64,000 bases of DNA, from NCBI GenBank assembly GCA_964036045.1, contig OZ038379.1, positions 2,666,001-2,730,000 on the forward strand, given 5' to 3'. This document shows positions 34,470 to 47,682 of the stretch, piece after piece. The notes under the pieces are model-generated. The model made no database searches. It had not been told where the DNA came from and saw only the letters and a program-made list of their open reading frames with translations. Each line of letters opens with the position of its first letter. The first letter of the stretch is position 1. The DNA comes from Eutreptiella sp. 'Long Island Sound 2002' (lineage: Eukaryota > Protista > Euglenida). Made by a program: the position numbers and the translations under genes.

Positions 34470-36770
34470 AGTGCGGCAGGCAGGGGGGAGGGGGGGGGAT
34501 TTATGGGGTGGGTGATCCGGATCATTTTTGATCCAAACACTAGGCAGTGGGGAGGGGGGGGGGGTTTCAAGGGTGGTGATCCATGGATCACTTTTGGATC
34601 ATTCTTGGACCATTTTGGACCATTTTGCTTATTGCACTTTCAACTCTGTGCCAATGGTCTTGTGGACTTGTGGATCATTTTTTGGAAGTTAAATTGTTGG
34701 AACAAGTGAATTTCCATTTTGGGTTCTTTTTTTTTTAGACACATTGTTGGTCCAATATGTTGCTGTGTGATACTTACATTTGGAACTTACATTTTTGGAT
34801 CATTTTTTGCAACACAAATTGGTTGATCAATATGTTGTTTTGTGCGTGCTCCAGGTGATACTTACATTTGGAAGTTACATTTTTGGATCATTTATAACAC
34901 ACATTGTTGGTTCAATATGTTGCTTTGTACTTGCACTACGTCACACTTATGTTTGGAAGTTACGTTTTTGGATCATTTTTGTGAACATGAATCGGTGGAT
35001 CATTTCTTTTTTGGAACTTACATTTTTGGATCATTTTTTTACACAAATTTATGGTGCTTTGTAGTTGCACTATGTGCTATTGTTACTCCCCGTTGGATCA
35101 TCATGTGTCTGCATGGATGGTCCGGGAAATCGTGGATCATTTTGCTAGGCAGTGGGGGGGGGGGGGGGTTATGGGTTAGGTGATCCGTGATCCGCGGATC
35201 ATTTTGGGGGGGGGAGGGGGGGGGTTTGGACTACCTACTACTGCACATATGCAGTTGGTGCACGGACATGAACCTTGTGCCATACATAGCACACATGCCC
35301 CAAAGCATCACAGGTAACCACAGGTTTTGTGTGGCAACTCTTGGGCGGGTTCTACCTTTTGCAGTAGTAATGCCGACGCTTGCGTGCCATGCTTGATTGA
35401 CTTTGACAACTGGGTATCCAAATCAATGGTGCGACCCGCCCGCTGAGGCTTGCACAGGAGGGTATGTTTCAAAACCATTTTAAAACGTTCCGGTCCCATT
35501 CAGGAGACTGGGCAACATTTTTTTGGGAGGGGGGGGTTTGTGAGCTCCAATCCACGATCCGCGCCGATCCTTGGGGGGGTCTTTAGTAGGGGGGGTTTTC
35601 TTGAGGTTCGATCCACGACCCATGGTACGATCCACGGTCCGATCCATTACCACGGTCAAGGTATACCATATAAACCTTTTTGTCCTGTAGTACTGACTGT
35701 CGGGTAAAAGATGCAGGAAAGACGTTGGCAGCGTCATCAGTCTCAGAAAAGTTGTCAAATTGGTCATGCAAACACGCTGTGGTCTGCTTGACAAATTCAA
35801 TTGTAGGAAGGGTTACATTTCTTGTATTTTGTAAAACGACTGGCAGAATGTCAGGAGGTAACATCGATTCTGACTTGGCAGGAGTTCTGCACAGTGCATG
35901 TTTTTGACCTGGCATCACCAGCGTTGGGTATTTACGCCTGAGGAATGCACAATTGCACTTATCAGCCTTGGGCCTTGACTTGCTGTCTCTGGTTTGTCCA
36001 GAAGGGGTGGAAAACACATGCACCGCATTCAGACCCCCCACCTTTGGTTTGCTCCCTGGTAATTGCTTTGCAATGCAATGTGCCGTGGCGTGAGGAGACA
36101 GGTTGCCAATTGGACTGAACTTGAAACATAAATTGTTCATTGTACAGAAATTTGAAACACAAATTTCAATCAAGAAGCATGTGTGGATTATTTTTTGCTC
36201 TGTGCTTGCATTCTTTGAACAATTATTTAGAAGCATTTTGTGTATCATTTTCGCCTTTGTGCTTGCGTACTACACTTTGTACAATTTTTTCATAAGCATT
36301 TCGTGGATCACTTTTTGCTTTGTTGTTACATGTTACCTCAAGAAGCATGTGTGGATCGTTTTTGCATAGTACTCCATAACACCAGATGCACTTTGCACAA
36401 TTTTTTAACAAGCTTTTTGTGGATCATTTTTTGCTTTGTGCTTCCGGGCCATGACTAAACACCGGGCGTCATTTCTTTCAAGGTTCGGCATGTTAGATAG
36501 ATGTAAGTATTATGACCCCGCCTTCTACGGGATCGATTTTGTTGTTGTTGTTTTGGTGTTGTGTTTGCTTGCTATGCCTTCCATGCCTTCGACCCATGTG
36601 TTTTGACTGGTTTTGGTGGTTTTTGAAATTTTTGATCCGCACCCCTAGGCAACAAGGGGGGGGGGGGTTGCCGGACCTCCGATCCACAATCCGCGCCGAT
36701 CCTGGGGGGGGGGGGGGGCGGGGGGTTTCCCGGACCTCCAATCCACCGCGGATCGGATTGCCCAGTCTCC
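34470..36770. repeat. GGATC/GATCC-rich repeat domain with G-run modules; probable non-autonomous transposon arms
   Basis: Dozens of tggatcatttt / ggatcacttt units (34590-35200, 36180-36430) and gatccgcgccgatcc-G-run modules (35520-35650, 36640-36760). Confidence 0.6.
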
Positions 36771-38713
36771 TCGGTGTTCTTGCAAAATCATATGGACATG
36801 TAGGGGGGCTATGTACACCGTATATGTGGTCACTCATCGGTCACCATGCTCGGGCTGGGGGACACCAGCTGCCAACAAAGGGCCCCAGCCCCGACGGCCC
36901 ACACGGGGAAACATGAGGTCACTTTTTGCGGACCACACACGACAGTGCCCATACATATATGTTTCAAAACCATTATTGTTGGTACCAACCCATGGGGCTA
37001 CATTTCAATGTTGTAGGCAGAAAGTAGTGAGAGAATCCTCAATAACAAAGTAAATGTTGTCTCTGTATTTGGACATGTTGTTCTCGATGAAGGGAGCTAA
37101 CAAAGCAACAAAACACTCATCACCGATCAAAGGTCGTGTGACAAGAGCCGGAAATGCGTCCTCGCCTCTCATCATCCCAGCCCTTGTCTTTCATGTTTTG
37201 CAACAAGGTCCAAGGTATGTACTACAAAAACAGCTCATCGCCAAAATTGTGTGTTCTCCTCTCCTAAATCGGACACACATCCATCTTGGCATTTGTCTAC
37301 CTTCTTGAATCCTACAATTCTGTGCAACCTCAGTCTCTTGAAAAAGCACTGCATTGTGGGAGGACACCGCTGATCCGGGTACCTTTGTACCCCAATACCA
37401 CAAACATTCACGGAGGAACGGTAATGATAGTAGGTTGTGGTTGTGAAACAAGGTTTTGAAGAACACTTTTGAGTTTTGCCGACAAAATCTCCCACCAATG
37501 GAGCGCATTGACCTCCTTGTGCCCCAATGCGGATTGGCCTGCAATAGTGGGCAATAGTGGGCAATAGTGGCGACACTTCTGTTTGCCCCCCCCCCCCCCC
37601 CGAAGACCCAAATTGACGTAGTGTCTCCAATTAAACAATACTTGCTTGTTTTGACATGAACATGTCACATGGGTTTCCGTGTCGTATGAGTTTCTAGGTG
37701 CTTCTAAACTCAAAACCACCTTGATGATACGACGTTGGATAGCGCCTTTTGGGTTCGGGGTGAAATTGTATTTTCTGTCTCCGAGGAGCACGGGCCATGC
37801 AACCGCATTCATTGGCCAGCTCGGCTTCTTCATGGCCACTCGATGACCCGGCGAACGGCTCATCCCTTTTAGTATGCTAACACAAGTCATCCATTTCTCG
37901 CTCCGTGAGACAAACACGCAGTCTCCACGAACAAAACATTTTATGTATCATTTACCATGGTTCAACGCATATCCCACACAAGCATAAGATTACACCATCA
38001 CGGTTGAAGCGTTGCAAGTACACGAGTTGAAAGTTCAATGTCTACAATTTCGTATGCAACGTACAGAGGCTACAATTCAGCGTTCAAAATTCAACTTTCA
38101 AACTTGGATGTTCAATGTTTGGTGTGCTATTGGAGAGATAGCCCTCTCTAACTGGGCCAAAAGGCACATTTTCACAAAAGAACTCCATTTCCCCTCAACA
38201 ACCCCATTGTCCGCCGACGTGGTCGCTGCCCTTTACATGCCACTCCTTGGACAAAGAAGGAAGTATTTTAGCTGTTGCATGCACGCGTACGCTTGTGCAC
38301 ACCGTGGTTGTTGAAATGAGGTGGGGACCGATGTCTCACTTTGTATGTATGCTGTGTTTGTATTTCATGCGCCATGGGTGTTGTCAAGATCAAACACTCT
38401 CAAACACTTGACTGTGCTGGGGAAAGCGAGGCAGTTTGGTCCGTTCTTGTCCAAAAGCTCCATATATTGGCTCTTCTGTTCCAATCCTGTTGGGTAAAAG
38501 CGCCAATCACAGAGTGTGTCTTGTATTGTAGGTGCTCATGTGTGTGTGTGTGTGTGGTGAAATTCGAAAAGGGATGGCGGCAATGGCCATTTCAAGATTG
38601 TTGGAAGCAGGACAAGTCTGCAACAAGCACACACACCACGCGATTTCCACCCCTGACACCATTGTACTCAACTCTCTCCATGCCTCCCTCCCTCCCTTCC
38701 GCCCCTCCCCCCC

Positions 38714-38744
<31 letters not shown>

Positions 38745-38794
38745 GTGCGTGTGGGTGTGGCTGTGTCCACTTTTTTTTGTTTGCAGCAAATGCC

Positions 38795-39817
38795 ATGCAA
38801 TCGCTTCCCATTGAAGTTCTTGCGTCCTGCTTTTGGTACGTTGATATGACTGTCAGGCAGGCCTGTGTGATCTCTTCTGTGTGCCAATTTTGGGCGGAAA
38901 CGCTGCGGAAGGCAGGGCCACGGCTCTCGCACATCACAATCCAGAGTGCTCATGCATGGGGCGTTCTTCGTCGGGTGCGAGGTGTTTGCGCTGTATCACT
39001 GTGCAACATGTGCTGCATGCCAGAAGACGTCTGGCAGACGATGATTCCCAGACTACTGGGGCTGCGGCAAGTTAAGGTGGCCGCGTTGCCAAATGCCACC
39101 AGCCCAAGGACACAGGAGACAGTTTGCATGGCGAGCCAGATCCTGCAGACAATCTGTGCCAGGCACCGTGAAACCCTTGTGACTTTCGAGCTAATGAGCA
39201 GTGACATGGCGGCTGCAGTCATATTGTCTGCTTGTGCACCGGAGCTGTCAGCTGTGGCACATTTGAGCGTGAGGTTGGAAAATGGCGTTGGTCCCCCGCA
39301 TGAACCTTTGCGCGTGCGCGATGATTTGAGTGCATATCTGCACCAGTGCAACGCGCTGCAGAGCGTGAACCTCGTCACTCAGAGCCTGCAAGCCCTGCAG
39401 GTCCACAGCATCCGCCAATGTCCTCGCGTCTGTTTGGCACCCAGTGCGTTATCTGTGCCATTGCCCCCTCTCAACATTGACTGCGGGATCTGCGGCCTCC
39501 GACTGTTTGAGTCCCTCAGTGCATACGTGATAGGCCCTCCAACACAGCCCCAGCTCACACTCGAGTGCTTCACCGACGCGCCACCAACGCAGCACGTCGT
39601 TCCCAATTGTCATCATCATTTCAATCATGGCCTTTTGACCTGTGCTGGGCAGTGCCATGGCATACGGTATGTGACCAGGCGCTGGCCGACCCTTTCCATC
39701 CCCATGTTCCCAAAATCGACCACCTTCCGAGCATTTGCGCCTCCCTTGCCATCCCGACCAACATGTCCCGTCGCATACTCTTTGGCACGCCCCCACCCCT
39801 CGAAGCCTTTTCTGTAG
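38795..39817 (+). CDS. F-box protein, C-terminal part possibly LRR-like
   Basis: MQSLPIEVLASCFWYVD...ISSVCQFW is an F-box motif at the N-terminus. A polypyrimidine tract and CAG (38769-38786) lie 8 nt before the ATG. The exact 3' end is uncertain. Confidence 0.72.
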   Translation: MQSLPIEVLASCFWYVDMTVRQACVISSVCQFWAETLRKAGPRLSHITIQSAHAWGVLRRVRGVCAVSLCNMCCMPEDVWQTMIPRLLGLRQVKVAALPNATSPRTQETVCMASQILQTICARHRETLVTFELMSSDMAAAVILSACAPELSAVAHLSVRLENGVGPPHEPLRVRDDLSAYLHQCNALQSVNLVTQSLQALQVHSIRQCPRVCLAPSALSVPLPPLNIDCGICGLRLFESLSAYVIGPPTQPQLTLECFTDAPPTQHVVPNCHHHFNHGLLTCAGQCHGIRYVTRRWPTLSIPMFPKSTTFRAFAPPLPSRPTCPVAYSLARPHPSKPFL

Positions 39818-41320
39818 TGTCGATTTTTTTCGGTGCCATTATTGCACCAATGTTCAGCCCCGCACGCGGTCTGTGTTGATTTGCGCCATGCAGTTTGACA
39901 ACGACACTCAGCCTCTGAGCTTGTCAAAGATTGCCCTGCTTCTCCATCCACACCTAAATTTAAGCAATGACGTATAGTTTTTACCCTACCCTGTGTGATA
40001 TTCCCCCTCCAAAGTCGGTGTATGTAGTGCTGTATTGCTTGTTCAGACCCCAGATGTTTTTTCACGGTGACCATGAAGAGTACCACTCAAGCACACTGAG
40101 TGCTAATGTGTTGGTCACTGTTTTGGGTTTTTCACCAAATGGGCTGCAGCCATATTCGGTGCACGCCCCACGGTGGGGTCACTGAAGTGGACCATGAGAA
40201 CGCACAACTCTCAAGGCTAGAGACTCTCAAGGCTGTGGTGGTTGCATCACCCAAGTCTCTTGCTCATAGGAGGGCACCGCACTTTGCCTTGAAATACCCT
40301 TGCAACCCCCCCCCCCTCTGGGAGGATGGAGACCATCACTTGGCAACCGCCCCCACCCCCCCTCAAGGGAGACTGTCGCACACTAGGGTGGGAGATTCCA
40401 AAGGGGGGGCAAGCAGTCAACTCTTACATCAAGCCTCGGTTGTGTCTTGGTGAGGTGTTTAGGGTATGTGCGCATGACCAATCCACTCATTGGGGCCCAC
40501 TAGGGCAAAGCATGCACAGTGTTGCTAAGCAAGAAAGTGCTCATTTTGGGATTTTGAGATGAAGAAGATCTGTGAAGAGTTGTATCCGCCCGTGGGTCAC
40601 GTGTGGGCACTGCCATGTCTCAGCGCGGGATTCCTGTCTGACCGTTCTTTCCCCTGACTTCGGCCGTGCTTGCACAGCGGGGAAGGGGGTTATGTTTTCT
40701 CAGCTCTGATTTGCGTCCAATACTGGTGAGGACTGTGTGTGTCAAACTCAGCTTTGAGGGGCTGGGGCTCACAGTTTGGCCATTTTGATGCTTCCCAATA
40801 ACATGACCCCAAAGGAGATCTGCCAGTTGTTTCATTCTCTGCTGTCTGGTTCCTGGTTGGATGACATGCTGCCTACAGAACTGGCCATGGTTATGGTGCT
40901 CTACTCCATGTGAGGTGTTAAGGCGCACACTTACTGAGTTGCCTGTCAGGAGCCTGAACCATCGAACCTGATGCTTGCCCCACTCATCACCTGCAAATTG
41001 TCTTGCTCAGGTGGTTGGTAGATGCTGGCAGTGGACTCATTAACCGCGCTGGATTCAAGTATGCGGTTGCCTGTGGCCCTGGTTTTGCAGAGCTGTACTC
41101 TGCAACATCAGGCAAGTTGGTGTATGCGGAGATTTCAAATGTGCACACAGGACAGGGTGGCGAGGGGTAATTGTTCTGAGGTGCATCAGGCTTTGGAGTC
41201 TAGTCTGTGGTTATATATAAACCTGTGCCTCGTTTAAACCGGACCATTCGGTGAAATGTTTGGCTTGGTATTTTTTGGGGATGGTTCGTTATTGTGGTGG
41301 TGGTAGGGGGTGGTGGTAGG

Positions 41321-41537
41321 TTCGTTCTATTTGGGTCCTACAGTAAACTGCATGCATGACACTGCGCCCATGTATTTTCTCGTCCAAACAGAATATGGCT
41401 CAGAAAATCAATGCTGTTTTGCACAATTTTGTTGACGAAAACCATGTGTCAAGCAGTGGTGAGGATGACTGCAGGTCTGTTGAGTCTGACATTGGCCTGA
41501 TGAAGCTGTTTACCATGCCCAGTGTTTGTAAGTATGC
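41321..41537 (+). repeat. 217-bp direct repeat, copy 1
   Basis: Matches 44891-45107 without indels; 8 mismatches counted, all transitions. Confidence 0.92.
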
Positions 41538-42949
41538 GAAAAAGAATGCTGTCATCCAGGCACTTCAGGCAACAGTATTGACTGCTGCAAAGCCACCTGC
41601 CGCTGCAGAGCCTATTGTACAACCCAAAACGAAGCAGCTTTTCATTGCTTCATTCTTCCGCCCAAATGACAATCCACCATTCCACAGTGTCTTCCAAAAT
41701 GCAATTTCTGTGCAACAGCCCGGTGTATTTGTGTGCACGCTGTCCAAGGACCAGGGGTTCAGTGTATTTCAGGGGGTTCGTTATGGTGGCGAGGTTCGTT
41801 CAAAACGGGGGGGGGGGTTAGTAGCATGGCAGACACGTTGGGAGCGTTGGTTCTGCATGAGGATAATGCCTCTTATGGGTATTTTGACCGGTAGGAAAGT
41901 TCGAGCTCAGGCAATACAGCGCTGTTGCAGGTTTGAGAATATTTGTATGATAATATCCCGGGCTGGATTTTCGAGCCTTATTCGCTTTGGTTCAGTGTAA
42001 TAGTAAGATCTAGCCTTTCCAGATAGGTAGTCTGAAAAGCGAGATAGCATTGTACCTCATTTCTGTTGGCTTTCCAGACCATCTTTTCACATGAAACCAT
42101 CCATCTCAAAATGAACCCGAATGTTTATGGCAATCCCTGATTTGTTGGCCAACAATTTTCCAACAAAATGCAAAGGGGCCAGCAAACTTGAAAAAAGGAA
42201 TGCTGGATGTTTATGAAGCAGGAGTGAGGGGTACGGGTTCTTGGGGTTGGTGTGTCTCCTACGAGGTATCTTTTGCTTTCCATGGGAACATGGACATGTG
42301 ATGTGTGACTGCGCTGGACCATTTGGAGCGCTTGGAGCTGGCCTGGGGCCTGCCCTGGTGCCTTTCTTGGGGAAATCAGGTTTTCAATTTGGGGATTTCA
42401 AATTAGGATTGGAGGATTGTGCTGGGCCCTTCACAAACGCCAAGAGCAGCATAGACTTATGGGGGCAACCATGGTGCGAAAGGTTTGAATCCCAGCCCCT
42501 GCCCCATTCTCCTGGCAGTGTAACATTCTGGCCCCGGATATTGATAGTAGCAGCCGGCTGAGCAACTACAGGCACCAGTTCTGGCAGGCCAATTCTCAGA
42601 TGACCTCGGTCAGGGCACGCACATCTGCATGGCACATGCATGGGACGACTCGTGTGACAACATCATTGGAGTGGACAGAAGCATATGCAGCACGTCAGAA
42701 GCCACACCCCTCTGTTTCACAGTTGGCAACCACTCGCCCATCTCTGACACAATCAACTCGGCACACCTGGCACAGGCTGCCACAAGCCCCCCCCCCCAAA
42801 AAAGGTGTGCCATTGTCCAAACAAATACACTTCTCTCTTTCCTGAGCAATGGGTGGGTCCAGCCAGCCTTGGTGGAAGGTCTTGATGGGGGTCGGGGACA
42901 GGGGGCTTGGGGGGCTGGGGGTGGGGGGGTGGGGGCGCAACTCTGTATC

Positions 42950-43500
42950 AGATACAGTGTTTGTTTACTTCGTTCCTCCCTTCACCACTTGCTCAAACCT
43001 CTTTCCCTATCTGCCCACCTATCCAGTCCCATACAACCCCAGATCATAGCCACAAACACAGCAAGTTATGTGATTCTGTGGCATTGAGGCTCCAGTCCTT
43101 TGAGCTCTTCTCCGAGAGGAATTCCCCCAATATTCAAGTTTAAGCTTGTTGTGCAGCGAAACATCGGGCTACATATCCCCGCAGATTCTGGAGTATATGA
43201 GCTTAGTAGTGTTCTAGGTGTTGTTCCTCGGTGTAATGATGAATGGTTGTTGAACACTCTTTTCTTTAACCCTCACCCCCAAGTCCCCCCCCCCCCAAAG
43301 GACCTTGAAGCTCTCAACATTTTTTTGGTGAATTCCCGGCACAATGGAAGTGCATTGTTTGCATGACACTTTGTTGGTGAGCGCAGTGGATGCTCGTTGT
43401 CTGCACCCATATTTTTGATTGCTACTGTGCACAAAGTGCCCCAGTCTGGAACAGGTCAAAAGAGGTCGAAAAAAGGTCGAGAAGGTCCACAAGTTTCATG
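42950..43500 (-). mobile_element. Penelope-like GIY-YIG/linker remnant
   Basis: Fragments QPFIIT, HRGTTPRTLLSS, GICSPMFRCTT and ITCCVCG..YG.TG...KRFEQ resemble the PLE post-RT linker and GIY-YIG start. Heavily decayed. Confidence 0.3.
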
Positions 43501-44890
43501 GAAAGTGTTCCAGCCAAAACTCCTCCTCTTCCTCCAAGGAGGAACTTTGATAGAGCTTCTAACCATCAAGAATTAGTTCAGGATTTTCTCTTTCAAAACT
43601 AAGTCCGTTGCATGAATTTCTTTTCAGACCTTGAGTCCAGCCATGAGACGTCTCATCACAGTTATGCGTGGATGTGTGTATGTTTGTGTGTCATGGGCTG
43701 TTTTGACGATGAGTGTTGTGCTACCGCTGTGCGCTTGATCTCACCTCACGCAGTGTGTGTGTGTGTGTGTATGTGTGTGTGTGTTATAGGCAGCCATCAT
43801 GGCAGGACAGTATACGTGTCATGAGAGCCATGCGTTGTGCTATTCAATGTGCATACACAGTGCCACCACATTGCCTACAAGCTGCCATCAAAGCAACTTG
43901 CAACATGTTGCATGTGGGTGCGGGGAGGTAATGTGTGGTAATCACCCACGTGTGTGATTGGCTGGGAGAGAACACCCACTCCGAGAGGGATTGCAAGACT
44001 TCGTGGGCATTACATGGCCATCTGAGGGTGTAGTGCTGCCTTGGGACAGCAAGAGGATTCGGAGGTGGCTGAATTAGGAAGGTCTTCCTAAGATAAAGCC
44101 CATCGGAATCGCCTTGCGAGGCATGGCATTTGCCGAGGTACCCGACGATGACGCCTCACCCCCCAGCCAATGAAGTGCAACAGCCCCCCAGTTTCGATGC
44201 TTATTGGGCTGCAGCCCCACATCTGGACCCCAAATCCCTTGGGGATCTGCAGACCAAAAAGATCTGCCCCAACTGGGATTGACACCTATGTGTGTGTATC
44301 TCCCCGATAATCCGAGTTTTATACGAAATAGGAGTTTGAGGTGTTGGCAGAATGTGTCTATTTCTCTACAGGCTTCTTTCTCCTTTCAGTGTTTTTTTTC
44401 CGTGACACATGGCGGACCCATTCTTTTTCATACCCATGCACGTCCCAAATCTTGATCTCAGCTCGAGCTTTGCACCAGAACATCTTCGCCCTAGCCATAC
44501 TATGAGGAGTGTCCAGCTCATGATGTAGCACTTGCAAGTGCAGACACCGCAACCAAGCTCTCTTCATAGTTGGCGGGTAGCTGGCTAGTTGTGGGGAAAT
44601 CCGCGGGAATTGGCAAGTAGTCGGGTCCTAGTCTCTCATCCAGGTGCCTGGTCCCATAGTGTTGTCAAAGAGCGAGATCTATTTGAAGCAGCATGTCTAG
44701 TCCGACAAGACACATGGATGGCCAATACAAACGGGGACATTGAGGGTGGCAAGTTTGTGATCATTGTGCCAAGTGGCACTATTGAGCTTGTGAGCCGCAT
44801 GGTGTTGTCCTGGTGGGGCGTGCCGTGCCTCGTTTACACTGGACCATTCGGGGATTTTTCTGGCTTGGTGTCTTTTGTGGGGGTGGGGAC

Positions 44891-45107
44891 TTCATTCTAT
44901 TTGGGTCCTACAGTAAATTGCATGCATGACACTGCGCCCATGTATTTTCTCGTCCAAACAGAATATGGCTCAGAAAATCAATGCCGTTTTGCACAATTTT
45001 GCTGACGAAAACCATGTGTCAAGCAGTGGTGAGGATGACTGCAGGTCTGTTGAGTCTGGCATTGGCCTGACGAAGCTGTTTACCATGCCCGGTGTTTGTA
45101 GGTATGC
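44891..45107 (+). repeat. 217-bp direct repeat, copy 2
   Basis: See copy 1; offset 3570 bp. Confidence 0.92.
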
Positions 45108-46719
45108 AGCCTGGGCAGTTTTTTTTGTGACGGATATCGTGGCAGTTTGTCACAAGAAGAGGGGAGCTGGGGGGTAGAAGCCCCTCCTTGTTATGTCCGT
45201 CCGTGCGCTTCCCTACGGGCTAACCGATGGGACTCTTTGTACGCCTGATCTGCCGGAGCCACCATCTGGGTTCCGCTTGTTCGTCGTCCCCCAATGTTTT
45301 GGGCGAGTGTTTGGCGGTATGGTGGGCAACAATGGAGGAAATGGAGATCATGTGCAGCCGTCGCGGCCGAAATTTGTGTATGAGTTGTGATTGTAGGGAG
45401 ATATGCACCAACAGTTGCTCCAACTCATATGATTGTAGGGAGATATGCACCAACAGTTGCTCCAAGCAGTGAATACCCGGGATCTCTTGCACGCCAAGTT
45501 GGACCCCAAGGCGAGCCTTGATACCTTGGAGGATAAGAAGAGTGAGTGGATCACCTAGTTCGCCACCAAGTACAATTTCTTGCACCACCGGAGGATTGCT
45601 GGAACACGTCACCCACTACCTACTTGAAAGGCGACAAGTTGGATGTCCTGACCCTGAGTTTCCACGCCCCACGAACTGCCTGCCACACATACCTTTCTTG
45701 GATTTTGCAGTCCTAATGGCAAAGCTAGAGGCTCATGAAAAATGTACAACACGATTGACCGCCCAACGGCAGAATTCTGCTGTAGTGTGATCGCCTGCGC
45801 CGCATTGACTGCTTGACCTTAGCGGGAAAGTTAGCACAAGGGCCAAGGGCTTGATGCACAGCAACTGCTTGCTAGTCTCACAAAGCAATATTTTAAAGAG
45901 TTTCTTTGTTTGCACCTTTTTGTCCGTGTACATTTGGATGATTCGTGCATCAGTTTGATGGTGTGGCAATGCTTGGGCGTGGCACCGCTCAACGGTGCCT
46001 CGCATGATCATATGGAGCAACAGCACCTCCCCAATGCAGAGGACCAGCGTGCATGCTTGCTGCCACGTGTCGTATGAGGCCGTCACTATGACTTTTCGCT
46101 TGTGCCCATGTATTTGCTGGCAAATTTGGGCATGTACTACATCGGGTCTTACTTAGGGAAAGTTGGAGTTGCTCAAGTAAAATTGCAATTTTTTTTGAAG
46201 TATGGCTTGGGGCTGCATGAAAAACATCTTTGCCCACTCTGCCAAATTGGGGAGCAAAAGAAGGACAATGCACTCTGGTCTATTGAGGATGTGGCCACCA
46301 ACGGGGGCCCTAGTCGACAATGTGCAGCAGAGGTGTTGTTTATGAGGCAACTGGTGATTTCGGTGGCCAATGTGTGCACCGTGTCATTCTGCAATTTTGA
46401 TGGGTGTGTGAGCCTAGGAACTGGAGATTAGCTTGTATGACACGGTGGTGGAGGTTGAGTTGATTTGGAGGTGCATCCCCGTTTTGGGTTCGAATTTTGA
46501 GGTCAATGGTGTGGCCCAAGCAAAGTTTTGGGGGTACTTGGTCCACTTGTACTAGTAGATGGCCTCGCAAGCCTGCTGCCGCAGTGCCCTCTCGGTGGTA
46601 TGGGTACCGGAGCACCTAGAATGCGCCTCGTTGTTGGTTACCGTGAGACATTGCCGCATGTGCGAAGCCCTGGCCGCACAACTAGACAACAACCATGCCT
46701 ATGATTCCTTGGACGTCTT

Positions 46720-46981
46720 GGTGCCCTATGCCAAGTCGTGCGTGGTTGACGGGACAACATACAACGTAGCGTTCCTATTCTTCGCTGGCCTCCTCCAAGT
46801 CTCTGAAATGATCAGCATTCACCTGTATGGCGAAGGGGAGTCTTCTTCTTCCTCTGTGGAGCAAAAACTGTTCGGCGTGTGTTTGGATGCGAAACGGGCA
46901 TGTATGCCAAGATTTGGGCCAATTGGCTTGAGATCATGGGGGAATCGCCAGGGTCACCTCAAAGATTTGGTGGACGGTTAG
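46720..46981 (+). mobile_element. Possible tyrosine recombinase remnant
   Basis: VAFLFFAGLLQVSEM resembles the F.GLLR.SE box-I motif (R>Q). No HxxR or Y motif found downstream. Confidence 0.25.
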
Positions 46982-47682
46982 CGCCTAATGGTTGGAACCC
47001 CACGTCGTTGACGCCCTTGAGGGAACACTTTTCCTGGCTGCCTGCAGCGCGCCCCGCGGCGCGCATTTCGGGTAATTATACCACAATACAGGCGGAATAG
47101 TGCCGCATACATACACACATTTGTTTTTGTACTTGTAGTAAATAAATTCGCCTCGGATGTTTTCACCCTCATTTTTGAAAAGCAAAATCCACAAAGTTAA
47201 TCTGGAACTCTTCAATCACGGTGCAAAAGCATATAAAACAAAAGTCCAACACTTCCAAAGTGTTAAAGTACACGTTTCGCCTCCAGAAGAGGCCTCCTCA
47301 GCCAGTGTACAACATGAAGTAAGATGTACAAGGGACACAAAATAAAAATTCCAATCCTATGGGTATAGGGTTAGGAATTAACTATGTCACATGGTGGGAA
47401 ATCCAAAAATGGATCCCCCCCACATCAAAACTTCCTGTGGGTACGCGATTTAACAATAGCTGGGCTAGAGTCGTGAAGACATCGGTGCTGCCGTGCTTCC
47501 ACATCCTGTGGTTCGTGCGCGCACGCTGCTTAAACAGCGTGCGCGTGCAACAACAGAACAGGAAAATCACTATCTTGCAGGAAACTGAGCACATAAATGA
47601 AGAGAACATGAAAAGCCGCATCGAACGTAGTATTCTACAGCTAGATATGTGACAGACGAATTTAAGTGTCGCTGCACGCTCC

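Noticed and set aside
37620-37720. TCSCQNKQVLFNWRH as a SWIM finger of a MULE transposase (minus strand)
   Set aside because: The third cysteine is missing and no DDE region was found nearby.
39542-39647. Candidate nonconventional intron in the F-box gene (CAG/CTG pairing, purine flanks)
   Set aside because: Only about 5 bp pairing, and removal leads to a stop within nine codons.
41497-41541. CTGATGA...GAAA in repeat copy 1 (a similar case at 59032-59100)
   Set aside because: No G-C closing pair for stem II and no stem I/III partners; GAAA is absent from copy 2.
42469-42499. ggtttgaatcccagc tRNA T-arm-like motif
   Set aside because: No acceptor stem, D-arm or A-box upstream.
44354-44365. 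gtgtctatttct resembling the euglenid spliced leader
   Set aside because: Only about 10-12 nt match, with no following GT donor or SL RNA structure.
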